Source: Nitrospirota bacterium
GTDB taxonomy: Bacteria; Nitrospirota; Thermodesulfovibrionia; Thermodesulfovibrionales; Dissulfurispiraceae
Direction of reading: 5' to 3'
NCBI GenBank assembly: GCA_021791055.1
Contig: JAJYXI010000051.1
Coordinates: 1,653-65,652, forward strand
DNA length: 64,000 nucleotides
The number at the start of each line of letters is the position of its first letter. Position 1 is the first letter of the stretch. The translations under genes and the position numbers were made by a program. The notes beneath the pieces are model-generated. The model saw nothing but the letters and a program-made list of their open reading frames with translations, ran no database searches and was not told the origin of the DNA. This document shows positions 8,613 to 17,089 of the stretch, piece after piece.

Positions 8613-10198
8613 TATTTACTCCTTAAATGAAAAATAATTTCTGAATAAGCACCTTTATCTTTTTCAGTGCGGTTTAATACGGGCCGCTTATACTGATTGA
8701 CAATTTGCATACCTGCTTTTTCTGCAATCGTTAGATACATATTGTATTTGTCATTGGCGACAAGGAAAATATCATAATCATCAACTAAAAATTTCTTACA
8801 GTTATTGAGAACATTTGTTATTCCTTGAATATAGCTTTGTTTTGCTTCTCTGCTTTGCCCTTTGTAGAGCGGGCCTATCTCTAAGTCATCTTTACGTTTG
8901 AAACCAAAAAGGTCATAAGCATATGCATGTTGCTCGTGGTAATCAATTAGCCCAACATATGGCGGACTCGAAAATATTCCTTTGATTTTTTGCTTTCTCG
9001 CTAATTCCGCAAATGCAGGATATTTCTTTTCAAGTTCTCCAAAGATGTCAAGAGTTCTGCTATCACCAGTCAAACAGACTTGAAAAGTTTGAGTTCGTAA
9101 TTTATCAAATTGCGAGAGACGTTTAACAGTGTCTTTTGTATAGGTTTTCCACCATTTAAGAATGGAGAAAAGCGGCTTGCAAACTTTGCCATGCTTCGCA
9201 CAGTAATAAGTTGCTGTAATTGGTTCAAGCAATGTTGCTAAATCAGCGTGAGTTGTTGCTCTACATGAGCGAATAGTTCTGCTCAAGATAATACTAATGA
9301 TTCTTTTAGTGTCAATATTTTTTATCCTTTTGATTTCATCAAATACAAATTGAATTTCGTCTCTAACGTGTTGCGAATACCATTTATCAAGAAAAGAATC
9401 GGCTTTGTCCTGTCTTAATTTAATATTGTATTGCTTAACGAGTTTGTTGAAGATGGGTAAAAACTCTTTTTCCTTTTCTGCCCCGTACAGATTCTCGTTA
9501 ATTAGGTTGCGCTTGACTTTGTATTTGTATTCTGGGACAGGGAAATATTTATTATTGAATTCGTAGAGTGCTTCCAAAAGCTTCTCTTCAAACTCAATGG
9601 TGTGAGAGTTTAATAAAAATTCATTAAGTGCTTTTGTTATCCTGTTGATTTCCTTTTGGACATCATCCAAATTATATTTAGCAATTTTACAATTTCCTAT
9701 GAGTGCATTAAAGGCAGAAACATCAATGCCAATTGCATGCATTCCAAGTTCACAAGCCTGCACCATTGTTGTTCCACTACCTGCAAAAGGATCCAAAACA
9801 ATATCACCTTTTTTGAAATATACTTCTTTCTTAAAATTGTCGGTATGTCCGTCAAGAAAATACTCTACGAGTTGAGGAATAAATTTGCCTTTGTATGGGT
9901 GAAGTCGATGAACATGTTTTGTTGTTTCGGCTTCTTTGTATTGATCAAACGACAATGCCCAGTTAAGGTCTTCGCCTAATCGATCTTTCCATGAAAGCTC
10001 TCTCATGCCGTTGTAAGATTTGTAATATTTTATTAACTCCTGCTTAGAGACTTGGGTGGTTCCATTGCCTCCAATTTTCTTTATTCTTCCATATTGAATG
10101 AGATAAGCAATATTAGAGATTGTTACAGTCTTCCCAAGATATTTCGTTGCCCAGTCACTCGCTTCTTTAATAGTCAATAATTGTTGCGTCTCAATCAT
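8612..10198 (-). CDS. DNA methyltransferase (N4-C or N6-A type) with an N-terminal HTH
   Basis: Motif I VLDPFAGSGTT (about residue 143 of the long ORF) and motif IV SSPPY (about residue 418). N-terminal LTIKEASDWATKYLGKTVTISNIAYLI is an HTH. Start chosen at MIETQQ, which is preceded by AGGAGAGAG. Confidence 0.85.
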   Translation of the reverse strand: MIETQQLLTIKEASDWATKYLGKTVTISNIAYLIQYGRIKKIGGNGTTQVSKQELIKYYKSYNGMRELSWKDRLGEDLNWALSFDQYKEAETTKHVHRLHPYKGKFIPQLVEYFLDGHTDNFKKEVYFKKGDIVLDPFAGSGTTMVQACELGMHAIGIDVSAFNALIGNCKIAKYNLDDVQKEINRITKALNEFLLNSHTIEFEEKLLEALYEFNNKYFPVPEYKYKVKRNLINENLYGAEKEKEFLPIFNKLVKQYNIKLRQDKADSFLDKWYSQHVRDEIQFVFDEIKRIKNIDTKRIISIILSRTIRSCRATTHADLATLLEPITATYYCAKHGKVCKPLFSILKWWKTYTKDTVKRLSQFDKLRTQTFQVCLTGDSRTLDIFGELEKKYPAFAELARKQKIKGIFSSPPYVGLIDYHEQHAYAYDLFGFKRKDDLEIGPLYKGQSREAKQSYIQGITNVLNNCKKFLVDDYDIFLVANDKYNMYLTIAEKAGMQIVNQYKRPVLNRTEKDKGAYSEIIFHLRSK

Positions 10199-10260
10199 CT
10201 TTGTCTCTCTCCTAAGCATTCCTGTCTGTAATTATCTCCATAAGGTGCATTCTTCACCAT
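10195..10260 (-). CDS. Possible 21-aa leader ORF coupled (ATGA) to the methyltransferase start
   Basis: AAGGAGG lies 5 nt upstream of the ATG, and the stop overlaps the MTase ATG. Hand-translated as MVKNAPYGDNYRQECLGERQR. Confidence 0.25.
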   Translation of the reverse strand: MVKNAPYGDNYRQECLGERQR

Positions 10261-10262
10261 GG

Positions 10263-10406
10263 CTACCTCCTTTCATTAGCCACAAATCTTAAATTTTCTA
10301 TTGTTTCAAGACTGATGCTCAGAAAAAGATTACAAAGTTTCTTATCTTCTTCAGCAATTTCATTATAAATCTTTTCTGCCTGTTGTAATAACTTCTTTTT
10401 ATCCAT
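10263..10406 (-). CDS. Possible 47-aa ORF at the head of the R-M operon
   Basis: AGGAGAAAACA-ATG. Hand-translated as MDKKKLLQQAEKIYNEIAEEDKKLCNLFLSISLETIENLRFVANERR. Not in the supplied track because it is under 60 aa. Confidence 0.3.
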   Translation of the reverse strand: MDKKKLLQQAEKIYNEIAEEDKKLCNLFLSISLETIENLRFVANERR

Positions 10407-10426
10407 TGTTTTCTCCTACATTTTCT

Positions 10427-10443
10427 TCAACTGAATCAATTGA
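10427..10443. promoter_or_regulatory. Tandem palindromic boxes TCAACTGA / TCAATTGA overlapping the -10 (operator-like)
   Basis: TCAATTGA is a perfect 8-nt palindrome. The second box differs by one base and is 9 nt away. Confidence 0.35.
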
Positions 10444-10467
10444 ATCATATTTTAAGCTATTTGTCAA
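10439..10467 (-). promoter_or_regulatory. Putative sigma70-type promoter of the R-M operon
   Basis: Minus strand: TTGACA, a 17-nt spacer, then TTCAAT. It lies about 35 nt upstream of the 47-aa ORF. Confidence 0.45.
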
Positions 10468-10494
10468 GCAAAAAGTGGGGGGCTAAAGTGAGGG

Positions 10495-11352
10495 CTAAAC
10501 CTCCGGCAGCATTATGTTTATCTGTGAGCCGGGGAAATACGAAAGTTTAGTTTCTTTTTCTTTTCCCCATGACCATTCAGGTATTATTGAAAGTCTTGCG
10601 GTTCCTGAGCGGATGGAGATTTTGCCATTCCATTGATTTACAAATCGCCTGACAGCAGCGAGTCCATGCCCCCTTCCCTCATCTGCATATCTTGAAGCGC
10701 CGTGAAGCAGCGCCTTTTCTATTGCCTCAAAATCATTCTTTAATGAAAACCTCTCTGACAAGGATTTTTTAAAGCCAACCCCAATATCCATGACAGCAAT
10801 CTTCACAACATTTTTATTCAGGTTTTGAAAATGGTATTTCTGTATGCCAACAAATCCTTTTTTCTCGCTGTGTTCAATAATATTCTGGCAGACCTCTGAA
10901 AGTGCAACTATAAAGCCGTTTATCGCTCTTTCATCATAATGGAGATGTTTTTTAAGGATTGCATTTGCACGTTCTTTAACCTTGCCCACGATAAAATGAA
11001 TGTCATCCGACTTCTCAATAGGCGTAATTTCAAGCAGGACATCTGAATAAGAACTCCTCCTATATTTTTCTGATATTTCAGGTTTGGAAGGCTCAAGCTT
11101 AAAGTAATTATCGGCAAACTTGAAGAAGTCCATCCTTTCGAGATATTTAAGGACTTCCTCTGATTCAGGAAGATAAAGGGTTTTCTGAATATTGCCAGAT
11201 TTAAGAAGCTCTCCGATCTCAAGGATGCCGACCATTCCATAAGGGTCAATGAAGGTAATATCTTGAAGGTCAATTATTGATGACTCATTGAGAAAATGAA
11301 GAACATGTTCAAATGTATCCTCTGTTATCTGGGTAATTGCTTGCGCTGGCAT
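10495..11352 (-). CDS. GHKL-type ATPase / Ser-kinase-like protein (RsbW/SpoIIAB-like) with an N-terminal STAS-like region
   Basis: N-box ALSEVCQNIIEHS, G1 VMDIGVGF and G2 GRGHGLAAV. The N-terminal IDLQDITFIDPYGMVGILEI is STAS-like. Confidence 0.7.
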   Translation of the reverse strand: MPAQAITQITEDTFEHVLHFLNESSIIDLQDITFIDPYGMVGILEIGELLKSGNIQKTLYLPESEEVLKYLERMDFFKFADNYFKLEPSKPEISEKYRRSSYSDVLLEITPIEKSDDIHFIVGKVKERANAILKKHLHYDERAINGFIVALSEVCQNIIEHSEKKGFVGIQKYHFQNLNKNVVKIAVMDIGVGFKKSLSERFSLKNDFEAIEKALLHGASRYADEGRGHGLAAVRRFVNQWNGKISIRSGTARLSIIPEWSWGKEKETKLSYFPGSQINIMLPEV

Positions 11353-11411
11353 ATTCCCTCTCGCTTTATTATATAATAAATAAATTTTTCAACTTCCCGA
11401 AAATATAGGTA

Positions 11412-11921
11412 ATGATGGTAAAAAGAATAATATCCTTAACCGCCATATCGATATTAAGCTGTTTGCTCTTTTCCTTAATCGCATCTGCTACATTGAATAA
11501 AGCCGACAAGATGGTTGTCATCAAGAGCAAAAGAGTCATGATGCTGTTAAAGGACGGAGAGATAATAAAAACATACAGGATTGCCCTCGGTAAAAATTCC
11601 AATGGCCGTAAAACTCAGGCAGGAGACCAGAAAACCCCTGAAGGAAATTACATCATAACATCAAGAAACTCTCACAGTAAATATTATCGGGCAATCAATA
11701 TATCGTATCCCAACGAGTCTGACATACAAAATGCAAAAAGGCTCGGCGTATTTCCGGGCAACAGCATAGCAATTCACGGCCTGCCAAAGGAGTTGGAAGA
11801 TATTGATAAATTCCACAGACGTCTGGACTGGACAGACGGTTGCATTGCTGTCACAAATCATGAGATAGATGAAATCTGGAATCTCATTTCAGACGGCACG
11901 CCAATAGAGATAAAACCTTAA
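11412..11921 (+). CDS. L,D-transpeptidase (YkuD domain), secreted
   Basis: N-terminal signal/TM, GDQKTPEGNY, IHG....DGCIAV catalytic motif. Confidence 0.8.
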   Translation: MMVKRIISLTAISILSCLLFSLIASATLNKADKMVVIKSKRVMMLLKDGEIIKTYRIALGKNSNGRKTQAGDQKTPEGNYIITSRNSHSKYYRAINISYPNESDIQNAKRLGVFPGNSIAIHGLPKELEDIDKFHRRLDWTDGCIAVTNHEIDEIWNLISDGTPIEIKP

Positions 11922-11923
11922 AA

Positions 11924-12940
11924 CTACCTGTAAAGCAGATCGAACAAGTCTTCCGCACGCCTTCCGTCAATCCTGTTCAGGATTATATATTCCTCGTATG
12001 CAGCATCCTTGTCTCCGTTGAGAAAATAGGCAATGCCGAGACTAAAATGAGTATCAGGATTTCTTGAGTCGATGCCGAGGGACTGCTCGAGGGTATCGAG
12101 GGCTGTTGCATACTTGCCGGTAACGATATAGATAGTGCCGAGCTTATTGTAAAGCACCTGAAAATCCGGCTTAATCTTTACTGCATATTTATACGCATCA
12201 ACAGCATCGGAATATTTGCCGAGCTTGTAATAAACCGCACCTAAATTTACATAGGCATCCATGTAGTCGGGTTTAATCTTTAAAGCCTTTTTGTATGCTT
12301 CTATGGCATCAGCATATTGGTTTGATTTCTCATATTTCAGGCCTCTCAGAAAATGCTCTTCAGCGTTGTCCTTTTTCCATTCTGGTTTTTTTGTCAGCTT
12401 TCTGATTTCAGCAGGCTTTTCGGGTGGCTGGATAATTTCAGGCAGAAGACTTTGAGGCTGGGGTGCAGGCAGTTCTTTATACGACAAATCTTTTTTTGCT
12501 GTCTTTGCAAGTTTCTTATGTAATGTAATCTGTCTTTTAATATATTCCGAAGACTTATAATCAGAAGGAAGCTCGGCAGCAACAAGCCCTTCTGCCTTTA
12601 TTTCAAATAAGGCAATGTCTTGCCTGCGATTATAAGCAATAAGCTTATTAATGAGATAAGAGCTTTCTCCTTCTGTCTTCACAATCAGCGAATATTGCAC
12701 ATCTTCGAGCCATGTAGAGATTATTTTGCAGTTTGTTGCAATAATTCCTTCACGGTCAACAATAAAGCCGCTTCCAGAGGCAATCTCGTTTCCAGTTCTG
12801 TCGTTTATATAAATGGCCACAGCACTCTTTTTCTGTTTTAATATGGAATCGGGAATCTTAGCCTCAGCAATTAAAATAAAGGAAAATAAAAGGCCGGCAA
12901 AAAGAGACGCTACTCTTAGAAGGGCACTTCTATTTCTCAT
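11924..12940 (-). CDS. Secreted TPR-repeat protein with an N-terminal trypsin-like half-domain lacking the catalytic His
   Basis: Signal peptide. GSGFIVDREGIIATNCKII, where proteases have TNxHV. The C-terminal AIEAYKKALKIKPDY repeats are TPR. Confidence 0.7.
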   Translation of the reverse strand: MRNRSALLRVASLFAGLLFSFILIAEAKIPDSILKQKKSAVAIYINDRTGNEIASGSGFIVDREGIIATNCKIISTWLEDVQYSLIVKTEGESSYLINKLIAYNRRQDIALFEIKAEGLVAAELPSDYKSSEYIKRQITLHKKLAKTAKKDLSYKELPAPQPQSLLPEIIQPPEKPAEIRKLTKKPEWKKDNAEEHFLRGLKYEKSNQYADAIEAYKKALKIKPDYMDAYVNLGAVYYKLGKYSDAVDAYKYAVKIKPDFQVLYNKLGTIYIVTGKYATALDTLEQSLGIDSRNPDTHFSLGIAYFLNGDKDAAYEEYIILNRIDGRRAEDLFDLLYR

Positions 12941-15033
12941 ATCCCCAGAACTATCTCCCTTTCCTCTATATCCACCCTGTCGATTCTCACTGTCAATTCC
13001 TTGCCTATGGTAAACCTCTTTTTCTTGTGAATTCCGTAAAGGCTCAGACTCTTTTCGTCATATTGGTAGAAATCATCCGTCATGTAAGACACATGAAGGA
13101 AGCCCTCCACATAATAATCCTTCAGCCTTATCTTCAAACCATAGGATGTAACAGAGACAACCTTCCCTTCAAATTCCTCTCCCACCTTATCCTTCATAAA
13201 CCATACTTTCATTGCATTCAGAACTGCCCTCTCTGCCTCATCTGCCTGCCTTTCCATCCTTGATGAGTGGAATGCAATATCAGGCAAAACAGATTCCAGT
13301 TCCTTGATTCTCTTATCGCTGAGATGCTTCTTTGCAAGCACCTCTCTCAATATCCTGTGAACAACAAGGTCGGAATACCTTCTTATGGGTGAAGTAAAGT
13401 GGGTATACGACTCTGAGGCTAATCCAAAATGCCCGACATTGACCGGAGAATATCTTGCCTGCTTCAGGCTCCTCAGTATCATATGGTTTATTATCTCCTC
13501 CTCCGGCGTGCCCTGAATCTGTTTAATGAGCTCAGGGAAATCCTTTGGGACAATAGCCTTTGTCTTTTTCAGAATTTTAAGGGAGCTTATAATCTTCATT
13601 ATATCCTCGAGCTTCATCGGGTCGGGCTCTTCGTGTATCCTGTAAATGCTCGGAATATTAAGACCCTCGAGATGCTCTGCAACAGCCTCATTCGCAGCAA
13701 TCATGAATTCCTCTATTATCATGTGGGCAAAATTCCTCTCTGCCCTTATAATTGCCTCCGGATTCCCCTGTATATCAAGAAGCACCTCAGGCTCGGGAAG
13801 GTCAAAATCGAGGCTTCCCCTTTTAAGCCTTCGTGACTTTAGGATGTTGCATAACTCTCCCATCAGCTCAAAATCACTCAGGAGATAATCGTATCTTTCT
13901 CTCTCCTTTGCATCTTCATCGACAATTATCTTTTTTACGGATGTATATGTCATTCTTTCATTGCTGTTAATGATGCTCGGATAAAACTTTGCATCAAGCT
14001 TCCCGCCATGTGTGTCGAAATCCATTTCCACCGTGAATGCCATTCTCTCCACTTTTGGCTTTAAACTGCACAGATCCTCTGACAGCTCCTTCGGAAGCAT
14101 AGGGATAACCCTGTCAGGGAAATAAACGCTTGTCCCCCTTTTCCTTGCTTCCTTATCTATTAAGGAATCCCACCCCACAAAGAAACCGACATCAGCGATA
14201 TGCACCCATAATTTATATACATCATCTGTTTTCTGAATTGATATGGCATCGTCAAAATCCTTTGCCCTTTCGCCGTCAATGGTTACAGTGGGAAGGCTGC
14301 GCAGGTCTTTTCTTTTATGCTCTCTGTTTCCAATACCCTCCGCATAAAGACTTTTAGCCTCTTCAATAACACTATGTGGAAACCTTCCCGGAAGATTTAA
14401 TTCATCTATTATGCCTTCTACCTCATCTCTGGGAGTTTCAGGCTTTTTTAATATCTTTATTATCCGGCCTGCAGGCGGTCTTTTGTCTGTGGGATAGCTT
14501 ATTATCTCTGCAATGACGTTGTCTCCGTCCTTTGCCTTGCCTTTTTCTTTCGGGGCGATATAAAGGTCAAAGGGAACAGATTTGTTTTTGGGCCTCACAT
14601 AAAAACCCGCCCTGCCGGCCTCAAAAGTCCCCACTATACGCGCATGCGCCCTCTCAAGTATTCGAATTATTGTGCCTTCCCTGCGCCGTCTGTTCTCAAT
14701 CCTTGCAACAACCCTGTCATTGTCCATTGCACCGAGGGTTGCCCTTGAAGGGATGAATACATCCCTCTCACCCGGTTTTTCGAGTATCACGAATCCATAG
14801 CCATCCCTGTGCGCTTCAAAGTAGCCTGTTACGAGATTCATTTCCTCGGCAGGGCCGTAAAGCCCCTTCCTTGTCCTGACAATATCTCCGTCATTGACCA
14901 TCTCCCTGAGGAATCGTTTGAGCTTGCGCCTTTCCGGAGGTGTGAGATTGAGCTTAAAGACAATCTCATGGAAGCTGAGAGGCTGGGTGACCTTTTCTTT
15001 AAAAAATGATATTAGTGAGTCCTTTGTAATCAT
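12937..15033 (-). CDS. rnr: Ribonuclease R
   Basis: 698 aa. Cold-shock-like N-terminus, RNB domain (DFDDAIS, HFGL..YTHFTSPIRRY) and a C-terminal S1 domain. Confidence 0.95.
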   Translation of the reverse strand: MITKDSLISFFKEKVTQPLSFHEIVFKLNLTPPERRKLKRFLREMVNDGDIVRTRKGLYGPAEEMNLVTGYFEAHRDGYGFVILEKPGERDVFIPSRATLGAMDNDRVVARIENRRRREGTIIRILERAHARIVGTFEAGRAGFYVRPKNKSVPFDLYIAPKEKGKAKDGDNVIAEIISYPTDKRPPAGRIIKILKKPETPRDEVEGIIDELNLPGRFPHSVIEEAKSLYAEGIGNREHKRKDLRSLPTVTIDGERAKDFDDAISIQKTDDVYKLWVHIADVGFFVGWDSLIDKEARKRGTSVYFPDRVIPMLPKELSEDLCSLKPKVERMAFTVEMDFDTHGGKLDAKFYPSIINSNERMTYTSVKKIIVDEDAKERERYDYLLSDFELMGELCNILKSRRLKRGSLDFDLPEPEVLLDIQGNPEAIIRAERNFAHMIIEEFMIAANEAVAEHLEGLNIPSIYRIHEEPDPMKLEDIMKIISSLKILKKTKAIVPKDFPELIKQIQGTPEEEIINHMILRSLKQARYSPVNVGHFGLASESYTHFTSPIRRYSDLVVHRILREVLAKKHLSDKRIKELESVLPDIAFHSSRMERQADEAERAVLNAMKVWFMKDKVGEEFEGKVVSVTSYGLKIRLKDYYVEGFLHVSYMTDDFYQYDEKSLSLYGIHKKKRFTIGKELTVRIDRVDIEEREIVLGI

Positions 15034-16982
15034 AATTTCCCTCTAAATTCTTTTATCCTCTCCATCGCCCCATCCTGGTTATGCAGGACGATGCCTTTAA
15101 GTTCTTTGAATCTTCTCTGTATTTTTTTATCCTTGCCCTTTACATAATTATCGAGGATTTTGAGTTCTTTATCAATTCTATTTGCAAGTACCAAATATTT
15201 ATTGTATTTTTCTTTTTCAACCTTAATTGAAAAATCCCCTGGCATCTGCCATTTATCCTTAAAGAATATCCATGATGCAAAGTCCTCTATTTTGTAGCCT
15301 TCCAGCAATTTAATAGGGGTTGCGTTCTTCATGTCAACAATCCTTAATCCATTTTTGTCTGCTATGATTTTATGACCTCCTTTAAATGGCTCCGCACCCT
15401 GATAATCCATAAACTCCCATGTCGAAACAGCAATTTGTCTTTCTTTATGGCAGCTCTCACAACTCCTTGCCTTGCCATATGGGTGGGCGGCCTGCTCAAT
15501 TTCAAACCACAACAGGTGTTTATTACTGCGTGGGGGAGACTTCGTCTCCCCCACGAGCCCCCTCTTGTCTTCAATGCTGAATGTACCCACCACATAATAC
15601 GCATCCCTTGTCTCTCCACTGGGCCATCTGAACATAAGCCTTTCTGAAGGCTTGACATCAGGCTTAATATTGCCGACACTGTGTGGCCAGATTTTTACAG
15701 GCATCCATTTACCCTTCTGGTCTTTCATGAGTATCGGCGGACCCTGAATGCCGTAATAAAGGGAATATTTCTTGAACGGATTTTCAATTCCGGCAACCAA
15801 ACCCGGCCCCCATATGGTAATCTGATAGCCCCTCAGTTCATTTATATGGCATGTTGCGCAGTCCATATCTTTATGAATGCTTTTTGCATGGGCCTCTTCT
15901 ATTTCTATATGACAGTCCTGACAATTAGCCTTTCTCTGCATATCGCCCATTCCTTTTTCACCTGTGGTATGGCAGTCAACGCAATGTATATCCTTTTTAT
16001 AATGCACATCCGGGTTCATGCCTCTTGGTATTGAATAGTCTCCTCCAATATATGTCTCCCCTCTCCTGCTCTGCATTGCGCCTGGATGACAGATACTTGT
16101 CCCCCTTCCGTATCCGCCGCAGCTCTCTGATGTAGGCTTGTTAGTGAAATGATGAACGCCCTTTTTCCTGTCAGGCGCATAATGGCAGTCAAGGCATCCT
16201 GCATGGCAGACATTGCAGAATTTCTGCTTGCCCACTGCCTGTTCTTTCGAAAAAGGGACATTGAGTTCTTTTCTTATATCTTCCGTATTTTTGAATTGAA
16301 ACCCAGCACCCCTTAAAACCTCCATTGGTGGCAGGTCAGCAAAGGACGGGCCACAGTTATGAGGACCGTATGGCTCAAGCCATGTCCTCATTGTCCTTTG
16401 TCTGAAATTGGTTGCCATGATGGTTGTCTTGAACTGTTTAAGCTCTTCAGGATGGCATCCTGATTTGCCGCAGGTCTTTTTTGCAATATCAGGGTCAAAA
16501 TTAAAGGTCTCGGGATCTCTGTCATGCCAGAGGATATTCCTTACATCAGGATGCGGCAATAGCTCTCCGTTATGCTCGATCTTAGGCAGCATAAGTCGTA
16601 TCTTATCATCGCCTGTTGGCAGCAATGCATCAGGATAAACTTTTTTTCTCTTAAGAACATTGCCATCGTCATCTATTAGAAGCACAGCGAGCATTCCCTT
16701 GTGGGCTTTGTCAGGGTCCTTTGCCCTTCCATCACCGAGGTGGCATTCATGGCACTTCACATTGGGATGCTTCGATTCTTTTTCAACCATCTCCCGGGTT
16801 GCATAAAACTGGGAATAGCCGAGTTTGGTCATCTTTTCTTTGTCGGAATGGCATCTTATGCACTCAACATCCGTATCCTTCCACGCCTTATAACCAAGAA
16901 CAGTCATGACCAAGAAAAACTGGATGACAAAAATAATGACTGTCTTCTTATTTATATAATCACTGATGGTACCTATCTTCAT
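15030..16982 (-). CDS. Membrane-anchored multihaem c-type cytochrome
   Basis: N-terminal TM helix and eight canonical CxxCH motifs (CIRCH, CHECH, CNVCH, CLDCH, CVDCH, CQDCH, CATCH, CESCH), plus CH sites with longer spacing. Confidence 0.85.
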   Translation of the reverse strand: MKIGTISDYINKKTVIIFVIQFFLVMTVLGYKAWKDTDVECIRCHSDKEKMTKLGYSQFYATREMVEKESKHPNVKCHECHLGDGRAKDPDKAHKGMLAVLLIDDDGNVLKRKKVYPDALLPTGDDKIRLMLPKIEHNGELLPHPDVRNILWHDRDPETFNFDPDIAKKTCGKSGCHPEELKQFKTTIMATNFRQRTMRTWLEPYGPHNCGPSFADLPPMEVLRGAGFQFKNTEDIRKELNVPFSKEQAVGKQKFCNVCHAGCLDCHYAPDRKKGVHHFTNKPTSESCGGYGRGTSICHPGAMQSRRGETYIGGDYSIPRGMNPDVHYKKDIHCVDCHTTGEKGMGDMQRKANCQDCHIEIEEAHAKSIHKDMDCATCHINELRGYQITIWGPGLVAGIENPFKKYSLYYGIQGPPILMKDQKGKWMPVKIWPHSVGNIKPDVKPSERLMFRWPSGETRDAYYVVGTFSIEDKRGLVGETKSPPRSNKHLLWFEIEQAAHPYGKARSCESCHKERQIAVSTWEFMDYQGAEPFKGGHKIIADKNGLRIVDMKNATPIKLLEGYKIEDFASWIFFKDKWQMPGDFSIKVEKEKYNKYLVLANRIDKELKILDNYVKGKDKKIQRRFKELKGIVLHNQDGAMERIKEFRGKL

Positions 16983-17039
16983 TGTTTAAAGTTTTACCCC
17001 CAAAATTGCAATTGGACATTAGCATAGCAGGCATGCGTT

Positions 17040-17086
17040 TTGTAAAGCTTTTTACTGTATGCATACCTGCCTTAAATGCATTATTT
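17040..17086. repeat. About 47-nt intergenic repeat, copy 2 (rodZ stop / cytochrome upstream)
   Basis: See 2181-2227. It occupies the same position relative to the flanking minus-strand genes. Confidence 0.75.
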
Positions 17087-17089
17087 GGC

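Noticed and set aside
10920-11273. A 117-aa same-strand ORF inside the GHKL ATPase gene.
   Set aside because: It is an alternative frame of a gene whose main frame carries clear N-box, G1 and G2 motifs, and there is no independent start signal.
4885-11352. The island might be an integrative element or prophage remnant.
   Set aside because: I could identify no integrase, recombinase, tRNA target or flanking direct repeats. Only the compositional shift supports horizontal origin.
11369-11602. A 77-aa minus-strand ORF overlapping the start of the L,D-transpeptidase gene.
   Set aside because: It is antisense to the signal-peptide region of a recognisable gene, and its hydrophobic composition mirrors that region.
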